Source of the DNA: Octopus sinensis
Taxonomy: Eukaryota
NCBI RefSeq assembly: GCF_006345805.1
Contig: NC_043009.1
Coordinates: forward strand, 42,160,001 to 42,224,000
Direction of reading: 5' to 3'
Length of the DNA stretch: 64,000 nucleotides
Shown here: one piece after another, positions 1-12,550 of the stretch
Layout: each line of letters opens with the position of its first letter
How positions within the stretch are numbered: the first letter of the stretch is position 1
Translations under genes and position numbers: made by a program
The notes under the pieces: model-generated
The model's database searches: none
Seen by the model: only the letters and a program-made list of their open reading frames with translations
What the model was told of the DNA's origin: nothing

Positions 1-53
1 CCGGAACCATGTGGTTGAGAGGCTGGCTTCTTACCACATATCCACGCCTGCGC
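1..53 (-). mobile_element. 5' head of SINE family B (tRNA-derived), cut by the window edge
   Basis: Reverse complement matches the head of the full copy at 3607 (GTGGCTGTGTGGTAAG...CAACCACATGGTTCCGG). Confidence 0.75.
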
Positions 54-214
54 TTATGTAATGAAGTTTAATTTTAATTTTATTTTTTACAAATATTCAG
101 TTTTGGATATCGCATGATAACAAAATGATGCGTTCATATTTACAAGCGCTGTGTAATATGCATTATGTATGTATGCATGTATGTGTACATTTCATATATG
201 CGTGTATGTATGTA

Positions 215-440
215 TTTATTTCTTTATTGCCTACAGGGGGCTAAACATAGAGGGGACAAATAAGGACAGACAAAGGGATTAAGTCAACTACATCGACTCC
301 AGTGCGTAGCTGGTACTTATTTAATTGACCCCGGAGATATGACAGGCAAAGTCGGTGGAATTTGAACTCAGAACGTAACGGCAGACGAAATACCGCTAAG
401 CATTTGTCCGCGTGCTAACGATCCGGCCAGCTCTCCGCCC
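215..440 (-). mobile_element. SINE family A (tRNA-derived head, central domain, tail ending AAAGAAATA)
   Basis: Colinear with the copies at 8922-9148 and 29459-29689; B-box GAGTTCAAATTCC on the minus strand. Confidence 0.85.
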
Positions 441-1056
441 TGTATGTATTATGTACGCATTATGTATGTATATGTGTGTGTATGTATGTATTATGTACGT
501 TGTGTGTATGTATGTATGTATGTATGTATGTAGGTATGTATGTATGTATGCATGTCTGCATATGTGTATGGAGGCGTCTATGCATGTATGTATATTATGT
601 CAGGCCACTTTTAGTTCCATTGGGCACATATAAACCAGAACGTCCTGTCACATGTTTGAACTGTCGGCGACTAAACCGGTAACCAGAACAACCCTGCTTG
701 GTAAAGAGGGTTGATTTCGTTGGACACCTGACAAGGCAAAAAATAAATCCTGTCAAAGGGTAGAAGAACTCATTAGAGCCAACGACCATCCAACAGCTGG
801 GAGTGAGAGACTCCTAGTCTTTGTTTAGATAGCTCTGTAGAAGAAGGAAATACCAAAATAACACTCGCTCCATTGCGAATCCGCACTACTTGGGCTTATG
901 CGTGAGAATTTTTTTGGTGTTGTGCAAGCTGTTATTGACCTTATGTTTCAGCACAGGCTTTGCTGCAAGACGTTATCGTTAACAAAAGTACGGGATAATT
1001 TGTCGGTGATGGTTACACTCTCATAGATATTGACATCCACCATGTATCTATATAAC

Positions 1057-1370
1057 GTGAAGACGCGTGACTTAGTGGTTAGGGCATTCGGCTCGCGATC
1101 GGAAGGTCGTGAGTTCGATTCCAGGTGACGCGTGGTGCAAGACATTTTATTTCACTTTGCTCAAGTCCACTTAGCTGGCAAAAATGAGTTGTACCTGTAA
1201 TTGAAAGGGCCAGGCTTGTCACATTCTGAAATATACTGAATCTTTCTCAAAATCACATTAAGATTACGTGTATCTGTGGAGTACTCAGCCACTTGCACAT
1301 TAATTTCACTTGCAGCCTGTTCTATTGACTGGATCAACTGGGACCCTCGTCGTAACCGACGGAGTGCCAA
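1057..1370 (+). mobile_element. SINE family C (tRNA head plus CORE-like segment)
   Basis: A-box-like TGACTTAGTGG, B-box GAGTTCGATTCC; colinear with the minus copy at 54025-54354 and the partial copy at about 6040-6260. Confidence 0.85.
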
Positions 1371-1772
1371 TAAATATATATAACACCAGGCGATGGACTG
1401 ACAGAATCGTTAGAGAGTCGGATAAAGTGCCTTACACCATTGCTTTCAGTTCTTTATGCTCTGAATTCTGAGTTCGTATCTTGCCGATCTCAACACTGTC
1501 GTTCTTCTCTCTGGGGTCGATAAAATAAAATACCAGTGAAATCGATGTGATCTCCTCAAAAGTCGATGATTCTCCTGAAATCCTCTGATTTGGGTATACA
1601 TTAGAAATACACACACGCACACACATAGACACACGCAGATATCTAATTGCTAGAAATTACAAAGTGACTCGAGGACCAATAGTTTCGTGTATTGACACTT
1701 ACCAAGCTGGTTGCCAAACCTTCATGTGTGAGTATACTGTGTCTGTATACCTACCCCAACCTTACACACAGT

Positions 1773-2117
1773 CATTAGACTGCGGCCATGCTGGGTCACT
1801 GTTTCGAAGAATTTTTAGTCGAATGAAATGATTCCAATACTAAATTTCTTAAAGCCTGCTACTTATTCTATCGGTTTCTTTAGGCAAAACACTAAATTTC
1901 GGGGACGTAAACACACCTACACCTGTTGTCAAGCGATGGTGTGGGGCAAACACAGAAACACACACATATATATGACAGGTTTCTTGCAGTTTCTATCTAC
2001 CAATTCCTCTTAAAGTGCTCCAGTCTGACCGAAGCTATAGCAAGTGGCGCCCAAAGTGCAGCGCAGTGGCACTGGGACCATGTGACTGAGAATCAAATTC
2101 CTCAGTACGCTGCCACA
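1773..2117 (-). mobile_element. SINE family B, degenerate
   Basis: GACTGCGGCCATGCTGG and TACTTATTCTATCGG blocks match the copy at 3607-3999. Confidence 0.75.
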
Positions 2118-2833
2118 TGTGTGTATGTATATATATTTGTGTATGCATGTGTGTGTGAGTGATCTCTTAAACATTATCATGTGACACTTTAGAATTAAAC
2201 ACACGTTTGTTTTTACATCTCACGTTAAAACGTTAAAGTCGGTAAAAGTACTTGAGAGTTGCCAATAATCCTATTTTAATGGTGAGTCGGTGCTAGCCAG
2301 TATAATGTTTCTAGCACCTATCATTGCCTTAATTAGAAGAGAAACAGTCGCAGAATACCCTTTTACATGGTTTCTAAGAATTCTAACGCAAAGAGTAAAA
2401 CGAACCACGAATCTTGGATTAGTGTCGCACATGATATCTGATGTAAACATTGCTAAAATACTCTATGGAGGAGTAGGTAGAAAGCGTACTTGAACGTTCA
2501 AGAGTACAAAAAAAAAACTCATGGACATATAGTAAAGTAGGAGGGGCTCCCACTGTTACTAGAGAACCAGTATAAAGATTCTGATCGCCATGGGAATGAC
2601 ATTGGATGTGCAAGAATATCTTTGCAACACGAAATCTTGCATGCGCAGGTAATACACACACACACACACACACACACACACCACACACACACATATACAC
2701 ATATATATATATATATATAATATATATATACATATATTTGCACAGCGTCCCTTCAACTCCAACTTTCTCTCTCTCTCTCTCCTTCTCTCTCCCCAAGTGT
2801 ATATCTTACACACACGTAAAAATAGATATAAAC

Positions 2834-2886
<53 letters not shown>

Positions 2887-2994
2887 TATACATATATGTA
2901 AATATTCATATATATGTATTCATATATATATATACATACATAAACATACATATACATGTATATGCATATATTATATATATATATATAGGATATA

Positions 2995-3036
<42 letters not shown>

Positions 3037-3606
3037 ATATTATATGTATATATATTAATATGTACATTGTATGCATATATATACGTATGTGTATAATATA
3101 TATATATATATACATGTATACTCACAAACAGGGGCGCACTCACACACATATTTATACTTAGATATACATATACATAATTTATATTATGTGCATGTGCGTA
3201 TAAATAATTTCATGCAAAGGTTATTATGATAACAGACAGAAGACATTGAAGCTCAGTGTCTGTAGAATAAAGTCAACTGTTTGACTGAAGGAATAAAACT
3301 CTTTATCTCTATTATACAGTTTAATCAGTTCTAGCTCACAGAAACTGTTGGGGGCACCAAGCCAAACTGTGTATTTTTATACGTATGGGTGTGTGTGTTT
3401 GTGCGTATTTATGTGTGTGTGTGTGAGCGTCTGTGTGGTTTTCATTGGTGTTATGTAGCATTATACATAACCTTGACCTTGGAACTTCAATAGTTTTGAT
3501 CAAACACGTTCTCTTGAAGTACATGCCCACACACACGTACACATACTCACTCACACACATGTATATATGTACACACATACACACACGCATATATAGATAT
3601 ACATAC

Positions 3607-3999
3607 AGGAGTGGCTGTGTGGTAAGTAGCTTGTTTACCAACCACATGGTTCCGGGTTCAGTCCCACTGCGTGGCACCTTGGGCAAGTGTCTTCTACTAT
3701 AGCCTCGGGCCGACCGAAGCCTTGTGAGTGGATTTGGTAAACAGAAACTGAAAGAAGCCCGTCGTATATATGTATATATATATATATGTTTGTGTGTCTG
3801 TGTTTGTCCCCCTAGCATTGCTTGACAACCGATGCTGGTGTGTTTATGTCCCCGTAACTTAGCGGTTCGGCAGAAGAGACCGATAGAATAAGTACTGGAC
3901 TTACAAAGAATAAGTCCCGGGGTTGAGTTGCTCGATTAAAGGCGGTGCTCCAGCATGGCCGCAGTCAAATGACTGAAACAAGTAAAAGAGTAAAAGAGT
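3607..3999 (+). mobile_element. SINE family B, full length (CORE-type, internal TA/TG microsatellite, AAAAGAGT tail)
   Basis: A-box TGGCTGTGTGG, B-box GGTTCAGTCCC, CORE-like CACCTTGGGCAAGTGTCTT, tandem tail; more than 10 related copies in the window. It resembles described octopus tRNA-derived SINEs, but the family name is unchecked. Confidence 0.9.
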
Positions 4000-4157
4000 A
4001 TATATATATAAGAGACCAAAATGTACGTACACCACTATATTTTTTATATATAAAAAATGCAAAAATGGGATAGAAATGCAAAACATCTAGACAGACGATC
4101 CAAAGAAAACAAGAACGAGTCATTTGGAGTTGTTTTCTTTCTTCAGTCGAGTTCCAG

Positions 4158-4382
4158 ATTATCTTTGCAATTTCGGCGGGTTATACTCGAGATTGCTCCA
4201 ATCTGGCCAACCCCAAGGAAAAACTAAGCTGTGTACCATTTCTCCGTTTTGCTCCGTCCTTGTTTTCTTATACATTCGCTGATTTATTCCAAGGAAACTA
4301 GTGCCCTTGGCTTAGTTTTTTTTTTAAGCTGGCCATACTGGAGCAAACTCGAGTATAACCAGCCGAAATTGCAAAGATAATT
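4158..4382. repeat. Inverted repeat, arms of about 70 bp, spacer of about 80 bp
   Basis: ATTATCTTTGCAATTTCGGCGGGTTATACTCGAG... at 4158 against ...CTCGAGTATAACCAGCCGAAATTGCAAAGATAAT ending near 4382. Confidence 0.85.
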
Positions 4383-4944
4383 TCTTTCCAAGTGTCGATG
4401 CTAATCTCGTAGTTGAAGATGGTTCTACAAGTTCTTGGTGAACCATCTGAACAAATGATTAGTCTATAGTCATCAAATATGGATGCTGTACATTATCTCA
4501 CTGCCTCTGTCAAATCGACGTGCATGGTATACTTCACGCTAGATGTCCAAGCGATAGCACCGCAGCACTAGATGAATAGATCTGCTCAAGAATAGAACGT
4601 ATCACCTGATCCGGGAACTCGAAACCAGTATCTCGCGATCATGAGTCCAATAGCCTGACTACTAGGCCATGCGCCCTCAACACACACACACACACACGTA
4701 TATATATATATATATATATATTAATTATATATTATTTGTTATTTATATATTGGTTTATGCCTATCACTGTTTGAGTTGCATAATAGTGGTTTTATCTCTA
4801 ATTCATATTATATATATATAATGTATGCATATACGGGATGCTATTTTGTACTCTCACTATTACGCATACACATTGTTTTTGATTTTGTCCACCACACAGT
4901 ATAGTAGGATCAGTTGGGCACCGTCTGTGAGAAAAACAGCACCA

Positions 4945-5535
4945 TGACGCAATTCACTCTGCCAGAAATTTGGAAACGACATGTTGTACTGCTTGACTTT
5001 CGCACCGGAAGCTCCAATAACATTTTAGAGTGTCAATCTGAGTTCAGTGCAATCTCAGGACATGTACGGAGAGTGATAAAAGTCAAACTTCCAGTTAACG
5101 TCATGGTGTCTGGAGTGATCACTAGTGATAGTGTTGTTATGCTTCCATTCCTCTTCCCACACGGCTTCAACAGGGGATACCTACATCAAGTGCCTAGAGG
5201 AGGCAATGTTGCCCTGGTTGAAGAGGGTGGCTGCTGGAAGACCCTGTGTCTGGCACACAAGCAGGAAAACCCAGTCATGGCTACAGACGATTTCTGCGAC
5301 CACATCATTCCTAACATCTGGCCATCTAACTCCCCAGACTACAACCACCTTGATTATTGCATGTGGAGTGCAGTTGAGCGAGAGACCAACAAAACTCCTT
5401 GTAACACCAAAGATGAACTGAAGGCAAGGATTATGGCAGCATTCACCAACTTAAACAAAGAGAACGCCCAGAAGAGTTACAGGAGGTTCCGAAGTTGTCT
5501 GGAGCTCATAGTTGAAGCCAATGGCGATTTTATGC
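4945..5535 (+). pseudogene. Internally deleted Tc1/mariner-superfamily transposase remnant
   Basis: The ORF contains WPSNSPDYNHLDYCMWSAVE (the WPxxSPDLNPLD motif) and a C-terminal RFRSCLELIVEANGDF typical of these transposases; it is frameshifted and lacks most of the N-terminal and DD region. Confidence 0.8.
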
Positions 5536-6483
5536 TTATTCTTAATCTTCTTGAACTAATCTATTGCAGTAAAACTATTATCCCATTGTTGAAGCCTAGT
5601 GGTCTCTAGTGCTAACGTTTCTGCCTGCTCGCCGTCTTTAGAAGACAATTAATAATAAATAAAGCTGCGTGCATTTACAGGCCATAAAGATTCGCATAGG
5701 CTAGAAGTAACGAGAGTCACATAGTATAAGCAATGAGTAACATGGAGTATGGGTAGTGAGTACCAAAGAGTAGAAGTAAAAGTACATTAGTAGAAGTAAA
5801 AGTACATTAGTATATAGGGCATCATAATATAGAGGCAATGGATAACCCAGAGTAGAGGTAATTAGTACCCTAAGGTAGAGACGACAAGTACTATGTTGTA
5901 AAAGTACAAGTAATAAGTACATAAAGTTTAGAGAAATAGTATCAGAGAGTCTAGGTAATAAGTAACACGGAATATAAATACAGGAGTGTATCTAGGTGGC
6001 GGCGAAGGGTGATCAGCTCCGGGTGACGCTTTTGGGTCTGGTTAGGGTATTCGTGTTGTGTCCTTGAGCTAGACATTTTATTTCACGTTGCCCCAATCCA
6101 CTCAGCTGGCAAAAAATGAATGGTACTTGTAGTTCAGAGGGCCATTCTTGTCACATTCTGTGTCACGCTGAATCTCCCTGAAAACCACGTTAAGGGTAAA
6201 CGCGTTTATGGAGTGCTCAACCACTTACACGTTAATTACACGAGCATGCTGTTCCGTTGAGTTCTTGTTCTATAGTTCTATAAACCAGTACAGGCTTAGG
6301 GGCCCATAGAAGGGCTACTCGGGATGACACTCTAGTTATGTATCAGTGAGTATAGTAAATAAGCCACAAAGAGTTCAGGTAATGAATATCATAAAGTAGA
6401 TATAATAAGTATTAGAAAGTATTAGTAATGAATAACATGGCATAAGTAATATATTGTATATCATATAATGAAGAGGTGATAAA

Positions 6484-6514
<31 letters not shown>

Positions 6515-6536
6515 TATGTATATATGTGTATATGTA

Positions 6537-6568
<32 letters not shown>

Positions 6569-8230
6569 CATGATTGTACGCAAATGTATATGTATATCTA
6601 TATGTGAATGAATTCATATGTACATATATATTTTACGTGTGTGTGAGTGTGTGTATATGTATGTGTGTGTGTGGCTAAAACACTAGTCCCTTACCATTAC
6701 TCTGGTACTGTTCCCTCTTTTATCAATGGGGCGGCAACCTTCAAGCGGAGTGGAACAAATGTATTTGTAAAATCGCGTATGTATATACATCTTTGTTCAT
6801 GTTTGTTGCGAATGTTACTACATATTTATATATGTGTATGTGCATATGTTTAGGTATGTGTGTATGCATGTGTGTATAAGTGTGTATGTGTATGAATATA
6901 TGCCAAAACCTCTAAATTTCTTGAACTCGGTCCAACATATTATGTATCTATTAAAGTTAATTATATGCATGCTAAATAATTTCAACAATATTTAGTGCTT
7001 TAACTTCCAACCAGGTAAATATTCTCTCACCAAGTTCAATCCCAACATCCGTAGATTATTAGTGCTGCCCCGAGGGCTAAAAAGTTCCTGCAAAATTTTT
7101 CACCAGAGAGCGACATCAAGATTAGTAAATTCTACAGAGACATCAACTAATCTCTTATGCATGACTGCATTAGTTGGCTGCCAATATTTATTTGAATTTT
7201 GCTGATTTTTTTTTTTTTGTTTTTGAAGAAACAAACAAAATAATATAGTTGGAATATAATCAGCAGAATTTCAAAAAAGACAAATAATTTTCTAACTCGA
7301 CAACTGTTGGTTGATTAAAAACTGAAATTTTGGTATTTTTAGTGTCCGCTGGGGAACGGGAATAAATTTGTAGATTCTGGAGGTTTTGAAACGTTACCTG
7401 AGGAAATGATTCATTATTAGCCGAGCTAATGAAGGGAGCATCTACCTGGTCGATTGAATGGCTAGTAAGAGCTCCCGAACCTTCCTCAAATCACAAAAAT
7501 ATCGAAGAGGGTACATTAGATGATATAGTCTAGTTCAAGCAATTACTGTAAAGGTGTGATGGCCACGACTGTATTTTCAAATTCCGCCGAGGTTGACTTT
7601 GCCTTTCATCGTTTCTGGGTCGATAAATTAAATACCAGTTCCGCACTGGGGTCGATGGAATCGATTTAATACCTATGTCTGTCCTTGTTTGTCCCCTCTA
7701 TGTTTAGCCCCTTGTGGGCAATAAAGAAATATGTATTCTATTTGATCATAGACCTGCTCCATCAGAGTTGACGTGGATATAAATAGCAAAAAAAAAAAAA
7801 CAACAGCTCATTCAATGCTATACAAACCAACGAGCGATGTGCTACGGGCCAACGTTGGAGTGACTGCTTAATTGGATGTCCTGCTAGAAATAGTAGCCAT
7901 TCTCCCTGAAATCACTTATATCCGTCTTTGAAAGTTTTTTTGTATGATGTAGTACAATTCACTGTGCTTAAACAATAAAGATGGATGGTCACTGCTGGAA
8001 CAATTTTAATCATCAGTCTACAGGAACAACACAGATGTTGGAGAAAACAACTAAAGAAATAATGCAAAATTAGTCAACCGTGCAGTCGAATGTAAACATA
8101 CAGAGAAAGAAGAGTCAATGAGGCGGTTTCAATTCACATTATAAGCACTTTATATCTTGCGTACAACATAAATTCCACAGAATCTTAGATCTCTTCGCAT
8201 GAAACACTGTAATCGGTACGATTAGATAAT

Positions 8231-8583
8231 ACAGTTCTATATTTAAGAGATGAGGAATTATGTACATTATATATATTAATTACATTATTTATATTTGACG
8301 GATATTTGTCTTCATCTTGTTTGTTGTTAACACAACGTTTCGACTGATGTACTCTCCTGCCTTCATCAGGTGTCTTGAGGAAATTTCGAACCTGGGCTCT
8401 CATTCCTAAGGTATTTTTAGATGTTATTATTATTATGATTATTCAGGTCAAAGCATGGAATCGAACTCGGAATCTTGGGGTTAGTAAAGCGCGCTCTTAA
8501 CCACTACGCCATATACCCGTCAAATGTAAGTAATACAAATAATATAAATAACGTACAAAATACCTAATCTCTTAAATATAGAA
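8231..8583 (-). mobile_element. tRNA-headed SINE-like element with a hammerhead ribozyme and an inverted copy of its 3' end at the 5' end
   Basis: Minus-strand A-box TGGCGTAGTGG (8501-8511), B-box GAGTTCGATTCC (8457-8468), hammerhead at 8330-8373; 8235-8301 and 8517-8583 are inverted copies of each other. Confidence 0.75.
8330..8373 (-). ncRNA. Minimal type I hammerhead ribozyme motif
   Basis: ACAC-CTGATGA-A-GGC...GTC-GAAA-CGT-T-GTGT: stem I ACAC/GTGT, intact core, stem II GGC/GTC, palindromic ACGT stem III, GUU cleavage triplet. Confidence 0.75.
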
Positions 8584-8759
8584 TAAATCTTGTTATTGCT
8601 ATATTCAAGCATAGCGTACTTCCGTACTACATCATCAAATACATTCTTATGTAAAGACAGTAGTGTGTGATTTAAAAGAGATTTAGCAGCAATTCCTTGC
8701 GACCTAAGCAGATACCTCAATTCCTATTAAGCTGAGTTAGCCATATTTCGATAAACTGG

Positions 8760-9200
8760 CTTCAAATTTTGTTACAAAGATAGAATTTTCGGGAAAAAGG
8801 TATAAGTCGATTACATCGACCTCTATGCTAAACTGGCACTTATTTTATCGATCCCGGGGGATAAAAGACAAAGCGGACTTCCGCGGATTTGAACTCAGAA
8901 CGTTAAGACGGATGAAATACCTATTTCTTTATTACCCTCAAGGGGATAAACACAGAGGGGACAAACAAGGACAGACATAGGTATTAAGTCGATTAAATCG
9001 ACCCCAGTGCGTAACTGGTACTTAATTTATCGACCCCGAAAGGATGAAAGACAAAGTTGACCTCGGCGGAATTTGAACTTACAACGTAACGCAGACGAAA
9101 TACCGCTAAGCATTTCGCCCGGCGTGCTAACGTTTCTGCCAGCTCGCCACGGATGAAATACCGCTAGGCATTTTGCCGGCGTGTTAACGATAGCCACCTT
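8760..9200 (-). mobile_element. Nested SINE A: full copy (8922-9148) inserted into the head of an older family member
   Basis: 14-bp TSD ACGGATGAAATACC at 8908-8921 and 9149-9162. Confidence 0.85.
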
Positions 9201-9553
9201 TCGTTTCAGCTAATTTGATCTGGATTCTTTCATTGGTGAAAATCTTATAATTTACTAAATCGACTCTAAAGAGTTTTTCTATAGTGTCGTATTTACATCA
9301 AAGTTCAGGCTAAAAGGAGAAAGAGAGAGAGAAAGCGAGAAAGAGACAAACAGACAGAGACAGAGATGTCTGGAGGAGTTAGAAGAATGCCATTTGGATG
9401 ATCTAGATCGAGTTGCCTGCACGAATGCCTATATTGTTAGACATGGAACGGATACCTAGTGGCTACAGAATACAAAACTCTCCCCAGGCGTTGCATCTAT
9501 AGACGTATGTGGAACATATAATATATATATATATACATGCATACAACCTTGAT

Positions 9554-9621
<68 letters not shown>

Positions 9622-9811
9622 GTAGAATAATAAAAATAGTTTCTTGGTACAGCATAATATACTTGAAAAAATGAGTAGAAATGGCTTTTGAGGAGATTAA
9701 AATAAAAATTATCCACCAAAGACATCTCTGCTCCTTCAAATATATTTATATATACATACATACATACATATGTATATATATATATATATATATATAAATA
9801 TATATATATAT

Positions 9812-9920
9812 AGGTGATAGATAAAAATATATGCATACATACAAACATATATGTACGTACCTACATCTACATGTATATATACATGCATATATAAATAATT
9901 ATACGTGAGTACAGGACACC

Positions 9921-9922
<2 letters not shown>
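9812..9922. repeat. Fragment of a (TA)n-embedded repeat family
   Basis: ATATGCATACATACAAACATATATGTACGTACCTACATCTACATG is shared with 40570-41023 and, more diverged, with 55385-55840. Confidence 0.75.
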
Positions 9923-9956
<34 letters not shown>

Positions 9957-10955
9957 TGCGTAAGTTGCTTGTGTGTAAACATACGCACACACATACACAG
10001 ACAAACCGTCACTCACACACAAACACACACCAAACATACACCAAGGAATGAAATAGTCAATTTCAGAAATAGTTGACAAATTTCCCTCAAATGGCTCTGC
10101 AAAATCTTTCGTAACGGCACAATAAATAAAATATTTGTAAGTATATTGTGCATATAAAAATAAAAAGACAAAATACGCAAGTTTGTAACGTCTTTCATAA
10201 TAGGTCTCATAAATAAGACTTAACCGGGGATTAAACAAACAACATCAATAAGTCCATCACGTATGTTTGTACCTCTTTGCTTTCACATCGTATGGTAGTT
10301 GTATCGAAGTAAATTGAGATACTAAAAGACTCTTAGACATTAACATATGACACTGCTGTTATCAGGAGGCGAACCGCTCTTGCTTGTATTTGGTTGTTCA
10401 GCAACCTTACCCACTCATCTATATGGGTTTTTCGTGCTTTGCTAAGTCTATCTCATATTGAAGCTTGTTGGCCAACATAGTGACATCTAATATTTATCGT
10501 GTTTGTGAAAAAAAAAACCTTATCTTAGTGGAATATCTGATAAACATTTCAGAGAAATAGACTGGGAGCAAAAGATATTACGTTGTATTTTACGCTTTTT
10601 TTCTTTTTGTTTGTTTGACACAGGGTTTGGAAATTCGGCCTTGATCTTTGTCAAGGGTCCATGAAGGCTTAAAAGTCATAGCTTTTGACTTCAAATGACG
10701 AAACAAACGATGGAAAAAAAAAATGTGTTTTGTTTATTTTTATTTTACTTTTTCCAAAATAAAAAAAATGATCTGCAAAAAGGACGAAAAGAAACGACAT
10801 AAAAAAAAAAATTGGGGGATTTATTGTGTAGAAATATATATATATTAAAGTGGGGAAAAAGAAAAAAACTGATTTTCCTGATCACATTTACAGATATTTT
10901 AGATTTGCTGGGTCACATTGCCAGAATAGAAGGCAAATAAAAATGGAACACAAAA

Positions 10956-10986
<31 letters not shown>

Positions 10987-11196
10987 ATAGACGTTTGTAT
11001 GAATGAAACCAAAAGCAAACATCGGGTGAGTCTTTATCATCTTTATCTTACCATACAGGGGCCATGTAGAATTGTGACCCGTTCTGGAGTAATGATAACA
11101 AACCCCCAATATATATTTGTGTTTGCGTGTGTGTACGTGTATGTGTATACATACATGTGTGTATAATGTGTATATATACATATAGAGAGATTATGT

Positions 11197-11246
<50 letters not shown>

Positions 11247-11469
11247 TATTGATGTATATATATATATAGGTATTGATGTATATGTATATGTGTGTTTATG
11301 TGTGTTGTTTTTCTCGTGGGAATGTTGACCCCTGGATAAAGTTGATATCATTGGTAACAGATTAGGTGGCATGTCGGTGGGTGTATGATGGGCGGTGTGG
11401 GGCTTGAATCTATCACACCTGTGGGAGTTTATGTCTTGTGAAAATTTCTGTCACTGATCTTAAAAAACG

Positions 11470-11680
11470 GCGATGCTGTTCTGCTGCTGCTGCTGCCGTT
11501 GCTGCTGCTGCTACTGTTAATGCTGCTGCTACTTTTGCTAACAACGACGATGATGACGATGATGATGATGACGAAGACGATGATGATGATGATGACGACG
11601 ACGATGATGATGGTGATGGTGGTGATGGTGCTGGTGATGATGTCCGTATTAATGATGGAGTGGTAATGAAGATTATTGTT

Positions 11681-11727
<47 letters not shown>

Positions 11728-12550
11728 TGCAGAGATGATGGTGGCGGCTATGGTGATAGAACTGATAGATATGGTCGTCATTTTAATGATGGTTGTTGTG
11801 ATGGTGATATATTAGATGGTGGTGGTGGTGGTGGTGGTTGTGGTTGTGGTTGTGGTTGTAGTAGTACTATTAGTGGGCATGGTGATGGTGGTGGTGGTGG
11901 TGGTGGTGGTGGTGATAATGCTGGTGTTGGTATTGTGGATGTTAATGGTGGTGGTAGTAGTGGTTGTGATAGTGATGGTGGTTGTGGCAGTGATGATGGT
12001 ATTGTTGTTCTTGTTGGTGGTAGTAGTGGTGGTGATGGTGTTGTTGTGGTGGTGGTGGTGGTAGTGGTGGTGGTTGTTTTTGTAGCAGTACTGATATCAA
12101 GAATGGTGAGGGCAGCTGCAGTGGTGGCGATAGTGGTGACTGCACTAGTCTTCACAGTGAGAACATGAGAACAGTGACGGTGATGGTTGTGGTGGTGGTG
12201 GTGGTGGTGACGGTGGAGACGACGGCGACGGGGAAGATTGTGGTGATGGTGGTGGTGGTGGTGTGGTGGTGGTGGTGGTGGTGGTGGTGGTGGTGCCAGG
12301 GCTGGCAGTCGTTGTTTTTTGGCCGTGATGGTGGGAGGTAGGTAAGTAACGAAAACAACCTTGCATCAGTGTTGCAATTCATGGCATATGGAATGGAATG
12401 CATCTACAAATGTTTGTACATGACATTTTTTTCTTATCGACTTAGTGTCATACGTGTGACATAATCCACCACCACCACCACCACCAACACCACCAACACC
12501 ACCAGCACAACCACAACCACAGCCGCCTCTACCATCACCACCACCCTCTC
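11470..12550. repeat. Compound trinucleotide microsatellite block (GCT, GAT/GAC, GTA, GGT, then CAC)
   Basis: Directly visible; it produces homopolymer ORFs in several frames on both strands. Confidence 0.9.

Noticed and set aside
600-950. RTE-type 5' UTR remnant
   Set aside because: Only a vague AGAAGGAAA-type resemblance and no coding support.
1057-1130. Functional tRNA genes at SINE heads (also 8450-8520 and 54280-54354)
   Set aside because: No complete cloverleaf or terminator; each continues into a repeat body.
2419-3149. Long YI/CV/HT-rich ORFs here and throughout the window
   Set aside because: Read-through of (TA)n, (TG)n and (GA)n repeats.
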